DNA of 64,000 nt, from NCBI GenBank assembly GCA_043228905.1, contig JBHGNT010000015.1, forward strand, positions 4,526,001 through 4,590,000. Direction: 5' to 3'. The notes below the pieces were generated by a model. The model searched no databases, had not been told where the DNA came from, and worked only from the letters and a program-made list of their open reading frames with translations. The translations under genes and the position numbers were made by a program. This document shows positions 1 through 11,988 of the stretch, one piece after another. Each line of letters opens with the position of its first letter. The first letter of the stretch is position 1. The DNA comes from Azolla caroliniana. Taxonomy: Eukaryota; Plantae; Polypodiophyta.

Positions 1-450
1 ATGATTAGTCTCTCCCATCACTACATAAGGATGGGGAGCACAATGTAATAGGTGTGTGAAAAATATTTGGGAAATTGGATATATTTCCTAAAACACCAAC
101 AATCAATAAAATATACTCGTGGGATTCACGAAGTTTAAGATAATCTATCTCTTTCAATCTAAATTCATATTCTTACATAAATATTGATTAATGTAATACT
201 TGTGGGATTCACAAGGTTTGATCTCTTTTCTCAATCTACTCTAATCTATTCTAAATTATTTCAATTTATTACTACGATTTAGATAAACTAAAACAATTAT
301 ACTTGTGGGATTCACAAGTTTCTATATCTCTTTCTTATAATCTATTCATATTCATAACTAGATTAGCCTCAAATTCTTCCTCCTCCTAGTCCAAAACCTC
401 GGCGGTTCCCACCCGACTCACGCAACGATCCGGAGCCGAAAGGCACGACA
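1..450 (+). mobile_element. Family-D LTR (3' part; truncated by window start) inserted in the gag of the Gypsy element
   Basis: 3' end ctagtccaaaacctcggcggttcccacccgactcacgcaacgatccggagccgaaaggcacgaca is near-identical to 44769-44833 and similar to the reverse complement of 10065-10130. Followed by ACGT (451-454) and then gag-like coding sequence, with no PBS. Confidence 0.85.
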
Positions 451-2658
451 ACGTTAGGGTTGCTTGTAGAAGACTCATATGGTGGATCTAGCTTTTGGCA
501 AGATGTGATGGATTATGCAAGAAAAGGGAAGGTTCGAGTGGATGAATTAATAAGAGCAAGAGATGAAATACGAAACTTCACTGGATGGAATGATCCAGTA
601 GACACACTATCAGCATTCGCCCAAGTGAATGCACTAGAGGTACTAGTGGAAGAGAAGCGAAAGAGAATTGAGGAGGCTGATCCGGTAAAGAAACATGAGA
701 CATGAGAACAAAAGAGAAGGGATATGGAAAAGGGTGCTCCTGAGAGAAAGGAAGTTGATAGAGTAAAAGGGAAGACAAACCCATGTTTCAAGCTTGCTTC
801 AGACATAGAAACAACGATGGACATAAAAAAGGTACTAGAAATAAGAATATTAAATAGTAAGGTAGAATTTACTTTAAGAGAAGTGTTGGGTATAGCAAAG
901 AAAGAATTTCATGAAGTTATCATAGATATTATTAGAAGAAAGAGATATGTGATGGAGGAAGTTACGGAAGGGTGTGCAGCAACACTTCAAGATTTGTATG
1001 GTGGCACCATTAATGCTGTAAGTGTAAAAACTAGAAATGATGTTGGGGTTCATGAAGAAGATAGGAGTCACTATACAAGGGACCATTGGGCTCGAGCAAC
1101 AACGGAGGCACCTGCAGAAATTGGGGAGCAACAAATTCCATGCATTGCTTTGATCAATCATGGATCCGAGATTTACATGATGTCATCGGAATTTTACGCT
1201 CAAGGATGGTGGCCTATTAAGAATTAGGTAATTAACTACGGGTTAATTAGTACCTAATTATGTGATTAGTTGATAAGCGGAAGATTAAGTGATATGTGTG
1301 TGTATGTGTGTGAGAGGAAGTTACACTTATGAACAACACAAGATGGGGGATGAGTAACTATATTAAATTAGCATTATCATCATCAAATACAAAAATACCC
1401 ACAATGAGGTATATATACATTTCATGTGCAAGGGTGCACATGTGTGAGGATAATATAGGTACAAAAGTGTAAGTCCTATATTAAATGTACTTAGGGGTGG
1501 AAGATCTAGACTATCTCACTTAAGTACAAGGTCCTATTTAAGGTGTTATAGTCAACACTTCTAACTAGATTCTATCTAGGTAACTACGAAGTTAGATGGT
1601 TGACTAACTAACTAAACTAAGTTGAAAAGAGTGGCGTGCGGAAGCAATATAGGAAACCGAACAACAGAAAACGCAAGTTTAATGGAAAGCTTAGGTTTGC
1701 ACAATACGCACAGGAGAGACAGAGAAAGAGTAAAAACTGAACTATATTCAAAATAATACTCAATCTGTATATCGTGTGTGTTCAATGAACACTTTTATAC
1801 AAGTCCTTTTCGGACTGACAGAAGTACTGACAGTACTTCAATGCTCATTAAGGAGCCCCTACACTAACTCCCAAATATATTCCTTGTGGAATATCTTTCC
1901 GATGGCCTCACGGTTTCTGCACCGATCTGGCCTTCCTACGCACCGGTCTACGTACCGGTAGCGATCCGGCCTAACCAATCCGGTCCTCGGCTTGCTCAGC
2001 CGATCCGGCCGATGTTGAGCTTGTCTCTCAACACTCCCCCTCAAGCTCAACTTGAGGCTCTTCGGGATCTTCCGGGTCACCACTCCGGTTCCTCCTGGCT
2101 CCATGCCTTGCTCGCCCTTCTCGGCCTATTCGACTCCCTGCGCTTCGACCCTTCCGGTCGGCTTGTCTGCTCCCACGGCCCTTCACAGCTCCCTTGTTGT
2201 CGCGGTGTTGGCGCTTCTCCTGCTGCCTTCCTTTCCGCTTGACCCTCGGTTGATTCAGTGTATCCGAATCAAACATCCAAACCGACTCGGCTACCTCCGA
2301 TCAGTTTTCGCTCTCGTCCAAGTTGGCTGTCTCCAACTCGTCTTCGGTCTTCTCGCCCTTGATGGCGTCATCTCCCCCATGCTTGGTTGGCTTCGGCTCT
2401 TTCTTTCAACTACTCCCCTTATGTCCGCTTTTGGAGTCTTCCGCGAATCCGCCCTCGGCTTCTTCAGCTGATCCGAAGTCGAATTCGTCATCCGACTCGG
2501 TGTCGCGGCCTCTTCCGCTCCCTTCCTGCTCCCTTGCTCGGTCTTTCGAGACTGTTCTCCCCCTCAAGTTTGGCACGTCGAGGTGACGCAACCCAAGCGC
2601 ACCCGAGAATTGCCGCAACGGTGAAAATGTCAGCAGTTTGCCGATCCGTTGAAACATA

Positions 2659-5600
2659 CTAAAGTTCGACTTCACCAGAAAGGACACACTCACAGACAAA
2701 ATGGTAGTGCACCTCAATGTGCTTGGTCCGTGCATGGAAAACGGGGTTCTTCGCAAGCTGGATGCTACTGAGGTTATGGCAGTAGATCGTCGTCGGATCG
2801 GACACCTCCTCTTGCAGGTCCTTAAGTAGCCGCTTCAACCATATGGCTTCGCACGTCGCGACAACCGCTCCTCTGTACTCAGCTTCGGTGCTCGATAGTG
2901 CATTTGTCGGCTGCTTCTTACTGCTCCACGCTATCACGGCACTCCCAAGAGAGAATGCGTATCCGGACGTGGATCGGCGATCGGCGGCGTTGCCAGCCCA
3001 ATCAACATCGGTGTAGCCGACCAACTGCGAGGCTGTACCGGTCCGATATAGCAGTCCCCGGTCCTTAGTGCCGCTTACGTACCGCAGTACGTGTTGTGCA
3101 CACTGAAGGTGCTCCTCGGTAGGTCGCACCATGAACTGACTGATCACCCCGACCAGATAACTGAGATCGGGTCGGGTGATTGTCAAGTAGATAAGGTTTC
3201 CGAAAATTTGTTGGAACCTCGTCGGGTCGCATACCTTTATGGAGTTGGGGTGAGACTTGACGGTTCTATCCAGAGGAGTTGAGACGGACTTACAGTCAGC
3301 CATCCCGAATTTGAAGAGCATACTCAACACATAATGGCGTTGGCTGATCAATATGCCTTCGGGGGTACGAATCACTTCGATCCCGAGGAAATAATGAAGA
3401 TCCCCCAGGTCCTTCATGTCGAACGATGCCGCAAATTGGAGCTTCACGCGGTCGATTTCACCTAGGTCGACGCCGGTGATGACCAAGTCATCAACATATA
3501 GTAAAATACTGACCGGACCGAGTCGACCTTTCTGGATGAACAGGGAAGAGTCCGATTTTGACGTTGCAAAGCCCATCCGACGCAGTTGTTGCGTGATCTT
3601 TGCATTCCAGGCACGTGGGGCTTGCTTCAGTCTGTAAAGGGACTTCTTCAATTGGCACACTGCCGACGTGTTCGTTCCGGAGTGAAATCCAGGGGGTTGT
3701 ACCATGTACACCTATTCCTCAAGCTCACCTTGCAGGAATGCATTCTTTACATCCATCTGATGTAAGTGCCCCCCCTTTGCCGCAGCTACCGCGAGCAAAA
3801 CACGGATGGTCGTCATCTTCGCGACCGATGCAAACGTCTCATCGTAGTCGATGCCGTGTTTCTGTGCGTAGCCCTTTGCCACTAACCGGGCCTTGTATCG
3901 GTTGACCGAGCCATCGGTGTTGTACTTGACCTTGAACACCCACCTACATCCGATCGGCTTCACACCCTTTGGTGCGTCAACCAGGTCCTAGGTCTCGTTT
4001 TCCGCCAATGTGTGCATCTCTTACTCCATCATTGCGCGCCAATTCACGTCCTTAGCTGCTTCTGCGTAGCTCTCCGGCTCACGCACTTCCATTACACGGG
4101 TCATGTACGCATAATGATGCGCCATGTACTCATTGTATCCAAACCGCACAACTAGGTTCTTCTGGCGAGTAGATCGGCGTAATCGGTCATTAGCTGATGT
4201 CGAGGTCTTCTCGGCTGACGCGAACTTCTCTCTTGAAGACCTGTCACCGCTCCCCTCGGAGTTGGACTCGCGTCGGTCTAACTCGTTCCTTTCCATGCCG
4301 GAATCCGACACCTTCTTCTTCCCTTTCTCTTTGTGTGTAAGCCGTCTCCTCGGCTTCTTGCGCGGGGAATGCACGACCGAGTCTCCACTACTCGCCGGCT
4401 CTTCATCGGACTGGTCGAACCGACTCAGTCGTCCATTCGGTCCACTTAACCGAAACGAAATCAGACTCTCTTCGCGGGTCCCGATTTCAGGCTCATCCGG
4501 AGGCATCTCAGTCTCCTTGACCTCATCGTCAGAGCTCAGATTGGAGTTGAGATCCGGAGTCGGAGGCAAGTACCAGGACGCGGACTCATCAAACACAACA
4601 TCTCAGCTCACGCACGCTTGTTTGATGCGCGGGTTATAACACTTATACCCCTTCTACTCGTCCGAGTAACCGACCAAGATACATTTCTCGGCCTTTGTGT
4701 CCAACTTCCTCCGTTTCTCCTTCGGCACATGCACATACGTAATGCTACCGAAAACTCGTAAGTGTTGCAAGTTCGGCTTCGTTCCGAAATATAGCTCGTG
4801 CGTCGACACTTTTTCTCCGATCCGATTCTGGATGTATACTGCGGTTCGTACCGCCTTGGCCCAGTAGAACTTGGGCAAGCTCTTCTCCTCCAGCATTGCC
4901 CGTGCCGCTTCCACAACCGACCGATTTTTCCTCTCGGCCACGCCGTTTTGCTCTGACGTGTATCTACAACTGAATTCACGCCGAATTCCAATTTTTTGTA
5001 GATAACCGTTGAATTAACCGGGAAAGTATTCCTTTCCGCCATCCGACCGCAGGCACTTGATTTTTCTTCCTGTTTCCGTTTCCACGAACCCTTTGAGGTC
5101 CCGGAAGTAGTCGAAGACTTCGCTCTTCCTCTCAATGAGGTAGATCCACGTGTGCCGCGTGTAGTCGTCGATGAAGGAGACGTAATATCAGCTCCCGCCA
5201 AGACTAACGTTTTGTGCCAGCCCCCACACATCAGAGTGTATCAAGTCGAGCTTGTTCCAGCTCCGGTTACGCTTGTTGGGGAAAGGAAGTCGGTGTTGCT
5301 TCCTGACAGGAACTACACGCTCCCTATGCGCAACGCTCGGCCACAACCGAGCTTAGAATCATACACAGAAAATGGGAAATGAAAGCACGACACAATGGAG
5401 AGAGGAGTACACAGGATGTTAACATGGAAAACCCAAACTAGGGAAAAACCATGGTAGTCCACAGACTTCAAACTATCACTATATCAGAATGTACAATAGT
5501 GAAGTGTCGAGGCAACGACCTCGAGCTTGCTATCTTCGCCACAGGCATCGGTTACAACAGAGGAAATGACCTCTTCCTCTCTCTGTCTCTCTTTGTACAC

Positions 5601-7499
5601 TGTTGCGTGCTCTCTAGTCTTTCGCCAACAAGAATGACAACCACAACTATAAAGTTTACCCTAAGTCATATTTATACTAATATGACTTTTCGGCTATTTA
5701 CAATTATAGCCCCGATGGACTCTCAAAAACATATTTACGAATATGTCCCTTCATCCGGTGAGCACTCCTCACCGGGCCTACATCATCCGGCTCTTGCTGG
5801 GTACTCCTCATCCGGTTCTCACCGGGCCTTCACCATCCGGCTCTTGCCGGGTACTCATCCGGTTCTCACCGTCTTCCGTAGCTGGGTACTCCTCATCTGG
5901 TTCTCACCGGGTCTTCCGTAGCCGGGTCTTCCGCATCCGGAGGGACCTGTCTCCCAACACTTCCCAAGCTGGCAGGCTTCACAAATTTGTGCCTTCCGGC
6001 CACTAAATTTGGGCAATCTGAACACCACTTGTTTCGATTGCAGGTCTTGAAGCCGCTGGTAGTTGACGTGGCCTATCCGCTTGTGCCATAAGTCGATGTC
6101 CGACTCGACTTTTTGTCCCTTCGCGAACATTGCGGTGCCACCGTCAGTAGAGTTGAGGATGAACATCCTCCCATCTCTACGCCCTTGCGCAATAACTCGG
6201 CCTTCTTCCTCAATGAAGCACCCGAGGTGTGTAAACCGGACCTCCATCCCTTGGTCGACGATCTGTCCGACCGACACCAAGTTCTTCGTGATTATCGGAA
6301 CATGTAGCACGTTCACGAGTTTCCCTTTCTGCATGACATGGCTCAGGGGAACTTCTCCGACATTCGCGATCGGATGCGGAGTGTCGTCTCCGGTTGCGAC
6401 TACTCCCGGTTGCATCGGTTTTTTGAGGTACGAGAACCACTCCTTATGGCTCGTCATGTGATTTGACGCGTCGGAGTCGACATACCACACCTCGTCCAAT
6501 TTCGGGGTGGTCTGCTTCATTGAGTTTGCTTCGTGTCTCGTCACGAAGGCAAACCCTTTTCCGGCTTTTCCGAATCCTTCGGCATAGTGCGATAGCTGCC
6601 GGTTACCTTTGTCGGTATGTCCGGAACTAGATCCGGAACTGGTCCTCTCCAACTCGGCGTGCTTTTTCCAGCACTCGCTCTCCCTATGGCCTTTCTTGCC
6701 ACAGTACCAACATTCCGCGATGGATTTCCCTTGCCGGTTCTCATCGCCTCGACTCCCCTTGTTTCCGGAGGGTCCAGAATTGCTGTCGGCATCATTTCGG
6801 TGTCTCCTTCCTTGATCTTGTCGGCCGCCTCCATTGCGCACCGACTCAGCTCATCCTCCACGTCCACAGGGCCTATCTCCCTTTGTGTACAACATCTTGT
6901 TGTCGGTGTGCGTGCTCGTTGACGCACCCGCGTGGTTCTCCTCTACTAGGAGCATCGACTGTAAGTCGAAAAAGGACGGCGTATTCTCCCGGGTACAGAC
7001 AACAGTTCGGAACGCCCTGAACTTCGACGCCAAACCCCCGAGACAGACCTGGACCATCTCGCTTTCCTCGATGTTCACATCGATGGAAGCTAAGGAGTCG
7101 CATATGTTCTTGATCTTCGAGGTATAGTCAGCCACCGACAAGTCGCGTTGTCGTAGGTTGCTCAATTCATGTTGGAGCTGAAGCTTCCTGGCTGTGGTGC
7201 TCATGGTGAAGATCTTCTTCAGATTTTCCCACGCACCCTTCGGCATTTTTGCATCCCAAATGTAGCTTAATAGTTGTTCGCCCGCACAAGACGCGAAACA
7301 ATACAACACTCTGCTCGCCGATTGTTCCCACGTTGGGAAGTCTTTGTGTGTCGATTCGGGTGTCGCGTCATTCGCTCCTTTGACATAGCTCCAGTAACCG
7401 TGCCCAAGCAGGTACTGGTGCATCTTGTAGGACCAAGATGCGTAGTTGGTTCTGTCGAGCTTCTCCGTCGGAAGCGAGCTAGCCATTCCTTTGTCCATC
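2659..7499 (-). pseudogene. Copia B gag-pol (disrupted)
   Basis: ORF pieces 6851-7499, 5855-6841, 4654-4941, 4021-4596, 3712-3963 and 2659-3711; interrupted by the solo LTR at 5304-5959. Confidence 0.92.
5304..5959 (-). mobile_element. Solo LTR (family E) in the integrase Zn-finger region of Copia B
   Basis: TG...CA ends, perfect 5-bp TSD CTTCC (5299-5303, 5960-5964), TATAAAT on the minus strand ~5670, CCGG-rich repeat array 5750-5940. Confidence 0.92.
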
Positions 7500-10064
7500 A
7501 TTCCTTTGTTCTTCTTCGTTGGTTTTTCCTTCAAGCAAGGTCGATTGCAGAGGTTCTCAACCCTCGCGCTCTGATACCATGAAAAGAGTGGCGTGTGGAA
7601 GCAATATAGGAAACTAAACAATAGAAAACGCAGGTTTAATGGAAAGCTTAGGTTTGCACAGTACGCACAGGAGAGACAGAGAGAGAGCAAAAACCGAACT
7701 ATATTCAAAATAATACTCAATCTGTATATCGTGTGTGTTCAATGAACACTTTTATACAAGTCCTTTTCGGACTGACAAAAGTACTGACAGTACTTCAATG
7801 CTCATTAAGGAGCCCCTACACTAACTCCCAAATATATTCCTTGCGGAATATCTTTCCGATGGCCTCATGGTTTCTACACCGATCTGGCCTTCCTACACAC
7901 CGGTCTGCGTACCGGTACCGATCTGGCCTAACCGATCGGTCCCAACTGATCCGGTCCTCGGCTTGCTCAGCCGATCTGGCCGATGTTGAGCTTGTCTCTC
8001 AACATTGAGCTTGATCTTTCAACACACCCCCTCAAGCTCAAGTACAGGGCATCCGATGTCCGCTTTGACTTTCGACATTCAGATATTCGATTCGGTTGAA
8101 TCGGCTTCGGCTTTGGATGGCCGGTATTGTTTCTTTCGGCGTCGACGTTTTTGTGGCAGTTTTGGTTCCTCCCCCTCAAGCCTGTGATGAAGGCTTGTTG
8201 TGCGAAATTGGCCGACTTTTTTCACCCATCGTGGGTTACAAGCCACTTCTGTAGAGCTCTCGGGCTCTTGTTCGGCCGCTACCTTCATCGTGAAGGCGTA
8301 ATGATGGGCCATATACTCGTTGTAGCTGAATCGAGTGACGAGATTCTTCTCTCTAGAAGAGCGTCGAAATTTTTCGCTCGCCGATGTGAGCGCCTTCTTT
8401 ACTCCGGGTGTACGCATGATGGGTACACCAAACTCACTGTCTAGTGAGGGAGCTGATCCATCCGAATCATTGTCATCGGGGTGGTCGACTTCATATTCAG
8501 GCATCTTACCTTTGCATTTGTCCAAGTTTGTACTTGGCCGCGACGTGCTTGGGTCGCGTGGGGGCTCTTGTGGCCCACTAGGCCTTGCGGTAATCGGACT
8601 TTCTTCAAACATGTGTTCGAAGTGATCTCAATCTTCTACCTCTTGTTCGGCGGATTCCGGGTCGAGCGGAATCGGAGTCGAAGTTGTCTCTGGTGCGTAC
8701 CATGATGCGGTCTCGTCGAAGACTATGTCTCGACTTACCCGAACGGCTCGAGTAGAGGGGTTGTAGCACTTGTATGCCTTCTTCTCAGACGAGTATCCTA
8801 TGAGGATACATTCCTCCGACTTCGCGTCGGGCTTTTGTCAACTTTCGTTCAGGATGCATACATTCGCAATGCTTCCGAACACCTTGAAGTGCGACAGGAT
8901 CGGCTTCCTTCCGACGAGGAGCTTGTAGGGAGTTAGCTCATGCACTCCATTAGTGGTGCATCGATTCATGAGATGGACGGCTGTGGATGCCGCTTCGGCC
9001 CAATAGAGGTTCTGCAAGTGCTTCTCATGCATCACGACGCGTGCTACCTCGAGTATTTGCCGATTTTTCCTTTCGGCTACTCCATTTTGTTGGGGTGTGT
9101 CGGCACGAGAATTCTCTCCGAATGCCTTCACTTTGGAGGTAGGAGGTGAATTCGTCGGAGAACTCCATCTGATCGTAGGCATCGAATGTGCCGATCGGTT
9201 TCTTTTTCGACTTGCCCCTTGAGTTTTTGGAAGTGGAAGAACACTTCGCTCCTCTTCTTCATCGGGAAGATCCACGCGTAGCGCGAGTAGTCGTCGATGA
9301 AGGTGACGTAGAATCGGCATCCGCTGATCATCGGCGTTTGAGTCGGTCCCCATACATTCGAGTGTGTGACGTCGAGGAGGCCTTTGCTTGCATAGCTCTC
9401 CTTCGGGAATGAGAGTCGATGTTGTTTGCCGAGTTGGCATGCTCGCACACTCGGTCGACTTGTTTCGACTCAAATGTCGGAAGTCCGATGACGATTCCCT
9501 TTGATTGCATAGCTCAGAGCCGTTGGAGGTTTATGTGGCCGATTCTCTTGTGCCACAACTCGATGCTTGTCTCGGTTTTGAGACCTTTGGCATACATGGC
9601 CAATTTCACCTCGTTCAAATCGAGGATGAGCATGCAACCGTCTCCCCGTCCCTTGGCTATGAGTCGACCATCTTCCTCAATGAAGCATCCTTCGTTGTTG
9701 AAGCGGACTTGCATGCCTTGCTCCACGATTTGGCTTACCGAGACCAAATTCTTCGTTATCGTGGGCACATGCAAGACATTCTTGATGCAATTGTTCTTGG
9801 CATCGTTGCCGAATGGAACGTTGCCGATGTGCCGAATGGGATGCGTGGTGTTGTCTCCCGTCTCTATGTAGCCAGGTCGATCCGGTGTACACAAGTCATT
9901 GAACCACAATTTGTGGGATGTCATATGATGTGAGGCATTGGAATCGATGAACCACATGTCTTCCGAATTGGAGGTGCTTGCGGAGTCGGAGGCCGTCATA
10001 GAGTTCGCTCTATGCCTCATTACGAATAGTCCGCCGTAGTCGTCATATTCGGAGTTGGTGGCGT

Positions 10065-10999
10065 TGTCGTGTCTTTCGGCGCCAGATCGTTGCATGAGTC
10101 GGGTGGGAACCGCTGGGGTTTTGGACTAGGAAGAGGAAGAATTTGAGACAAGTTTATAGTTATGGATAGATTATTAGAAAGAGAGATAGAAATCTCGTGA
10201 ATCCCATGAGTGTATTGTATTCGATTAATCAATATTTAGATAAGAATATGTATTTAGATTGAAAGAAAGAGATTAAAAAGAACTTGTGAATCCCAGAAGT
10301 ATAGATTATTTCGTAAATCCCATGCATATATTAATTGGTGTCTTTTAGAAATATATCCAATTTCCAAATATTTCACCCCCCCATTACATTGTGCTCCTCA
10401 TCCTTATATAGTGATGAGAGAATCTTCACAATCCATGCTTTTTCTCTAATTATAGACTATATGCTTTATCTAACATGCTTTTTCTAACTTTAGTTTTCAT
10501 GCACACTGCATGTGCATGATTAGCTTTCTACCCCATCTTTTCTTTTAACTCGAGTGTGTTTGTATGAGTAACTTTTTGTACCATGCATATCTAGAATATT
10601 TACATGGGATAAAGTTTAGTATAACTTTAAAATTCATAATATGCTAGTATAGTGGTAAGGCTTAACATTATTAACATGGAGGTACAGGGTCTGAATCCTT
10701 CCCTATGCATGTAATATGTATTTTTTAATATTCTCTCCTATTTACAAATATGTCTCTTCATCCGGTGAGAGTCTCTTCATCTGGCTCTTGCCAGGTCTGC
10801 TTCATCCAGTTCTCACCGGGTCTTCTTTATCCGGTTCTTACCGACTCTCACCGGCCTTCTTCATCCGGCTCTTTCCGGATCTGCTTCGTCTAGTTCTCAC
10901 CGAGTACTCTTCTTTATCCGGTTCTTGCCGGCTCTCCATGTCCCATCCGGAAGGACAAAAAACGCAAATTTCACGTAGTGTGCGAATTACACTACGACA
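10065..10999 (-). mobile_element. Family-D solo LTR-like element inside Copia A
   Basis: Ends TGTCGT/ACGACA; flanks GCGT (10061-64) and ACGT (11000-03). Removal restores the host reading QLTNYATNSEY. Homologous along its length to 43927-44833. Confidence 0.9.
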
Positions 11000-11988
11000 A
11001 CGTAGTTTGTGAGTTGTCAACTTGTTGAACCTGACTCACTTCTCTTTTTTCGGCACTCCGCCTCGTAGTGGCTGATTTTTCCGCAATAATTGCAAGTTGC
11101 GAGCCTCGTTTGCCAACCATGTTCAGCGTGGAAGCTCCTTCTTCTTCCGAAGGTTCCTCGATGGCTTCCGTGAAGGTTTGAGTTCCCTTCGTGTGATGAA
11201 TCGAATTGACCTCTTCTACCGCCGCGACCTCGTCCTCAGCCACCGTCCGAATTCAAGAAGAACATTTGTCCTTCCGACGTCTTGCTTTTGGTTCGGACGT
11301 GGTTCTCTTCGACCAATAGCATTGATTGGATGTCGAAGAATGAAGGAGGGTTTTCTCTCGCCAAGATTGTCGTCCGTAATGGATCAAATCGTTGTGCAAG
11401 GCCGCCCAAGCATACTTAAACCATCTCATCTTTGTCGACGTTTATGTTGATGGAGCCAAGTGAATTGCAAATTCTCTAGATCTTGGCGATGTAGTCCGAC
11501 ACGGACATGTCTTTTTGTCAAATGTTATATTCAACTCTTGTCGGAGTTGAAGCTTGTGGGCGGTCGTGTTGGTGGCGAACATCTTCTTTAAGTTCTCCCA
11601 CGCCTCTTTAGGTGTCTTGGCGTCTCGAATGTGGCTAAGCATGTGGTCGTGGACACATGTTGCTAAGCAATACATGACTCGACTCGCCGCTTGCTCCCAT
11701 GTTGAGTAGTCAGCGTTCTTTGGGTCGGGTTGATTTTCTTGAGCGTCATTGATGTAGCTCCAATAATCTTGGCCGACAAGGTATTGGGTCATCTTGTACT
11801 CCCAAGATGAATAATTGCTCCTGTGTAGCTTTTCACTAGGGAGCGAGCTACCCATTTGTGTGTTCATGTTGATTGTAGTGTCTTTCGTTTTTGCTTTCCT
11901 TCCTTCGGTCACGTACACGTGCTATGTAGCGGCACTACGGTAGCGGATAGCCGGATTTTGTCGTCGGCGTCTCAAATACACAATCACG

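Larger units (their letters stand above)
1623..8004 (-). mobile_element. Ty1/Copia element B, full-length but disrupted, inserted in the 3' LTR of A
   Basis: LTRs 7580-8004 and 1623-2033 (TG...CA); PBS TGGTATCAGAGC 7568-7579; PPT 2034-2045. Gag with CWYCGKKGHRESEC knuckle, protease WYVDSDASNHM, integrase, RT (LYVDDL) and RNase H (YTDVDW, STEAEY) in Copia order with stops and frameshifts. Confidence 0.95.

Noticed and set aside
110-320. CRISPR-like spaced palindromic repeats
   Set aside because: Only three copies with long irregular AT-rich spacers, inside a eukaryotic LTR, and no cas genes.
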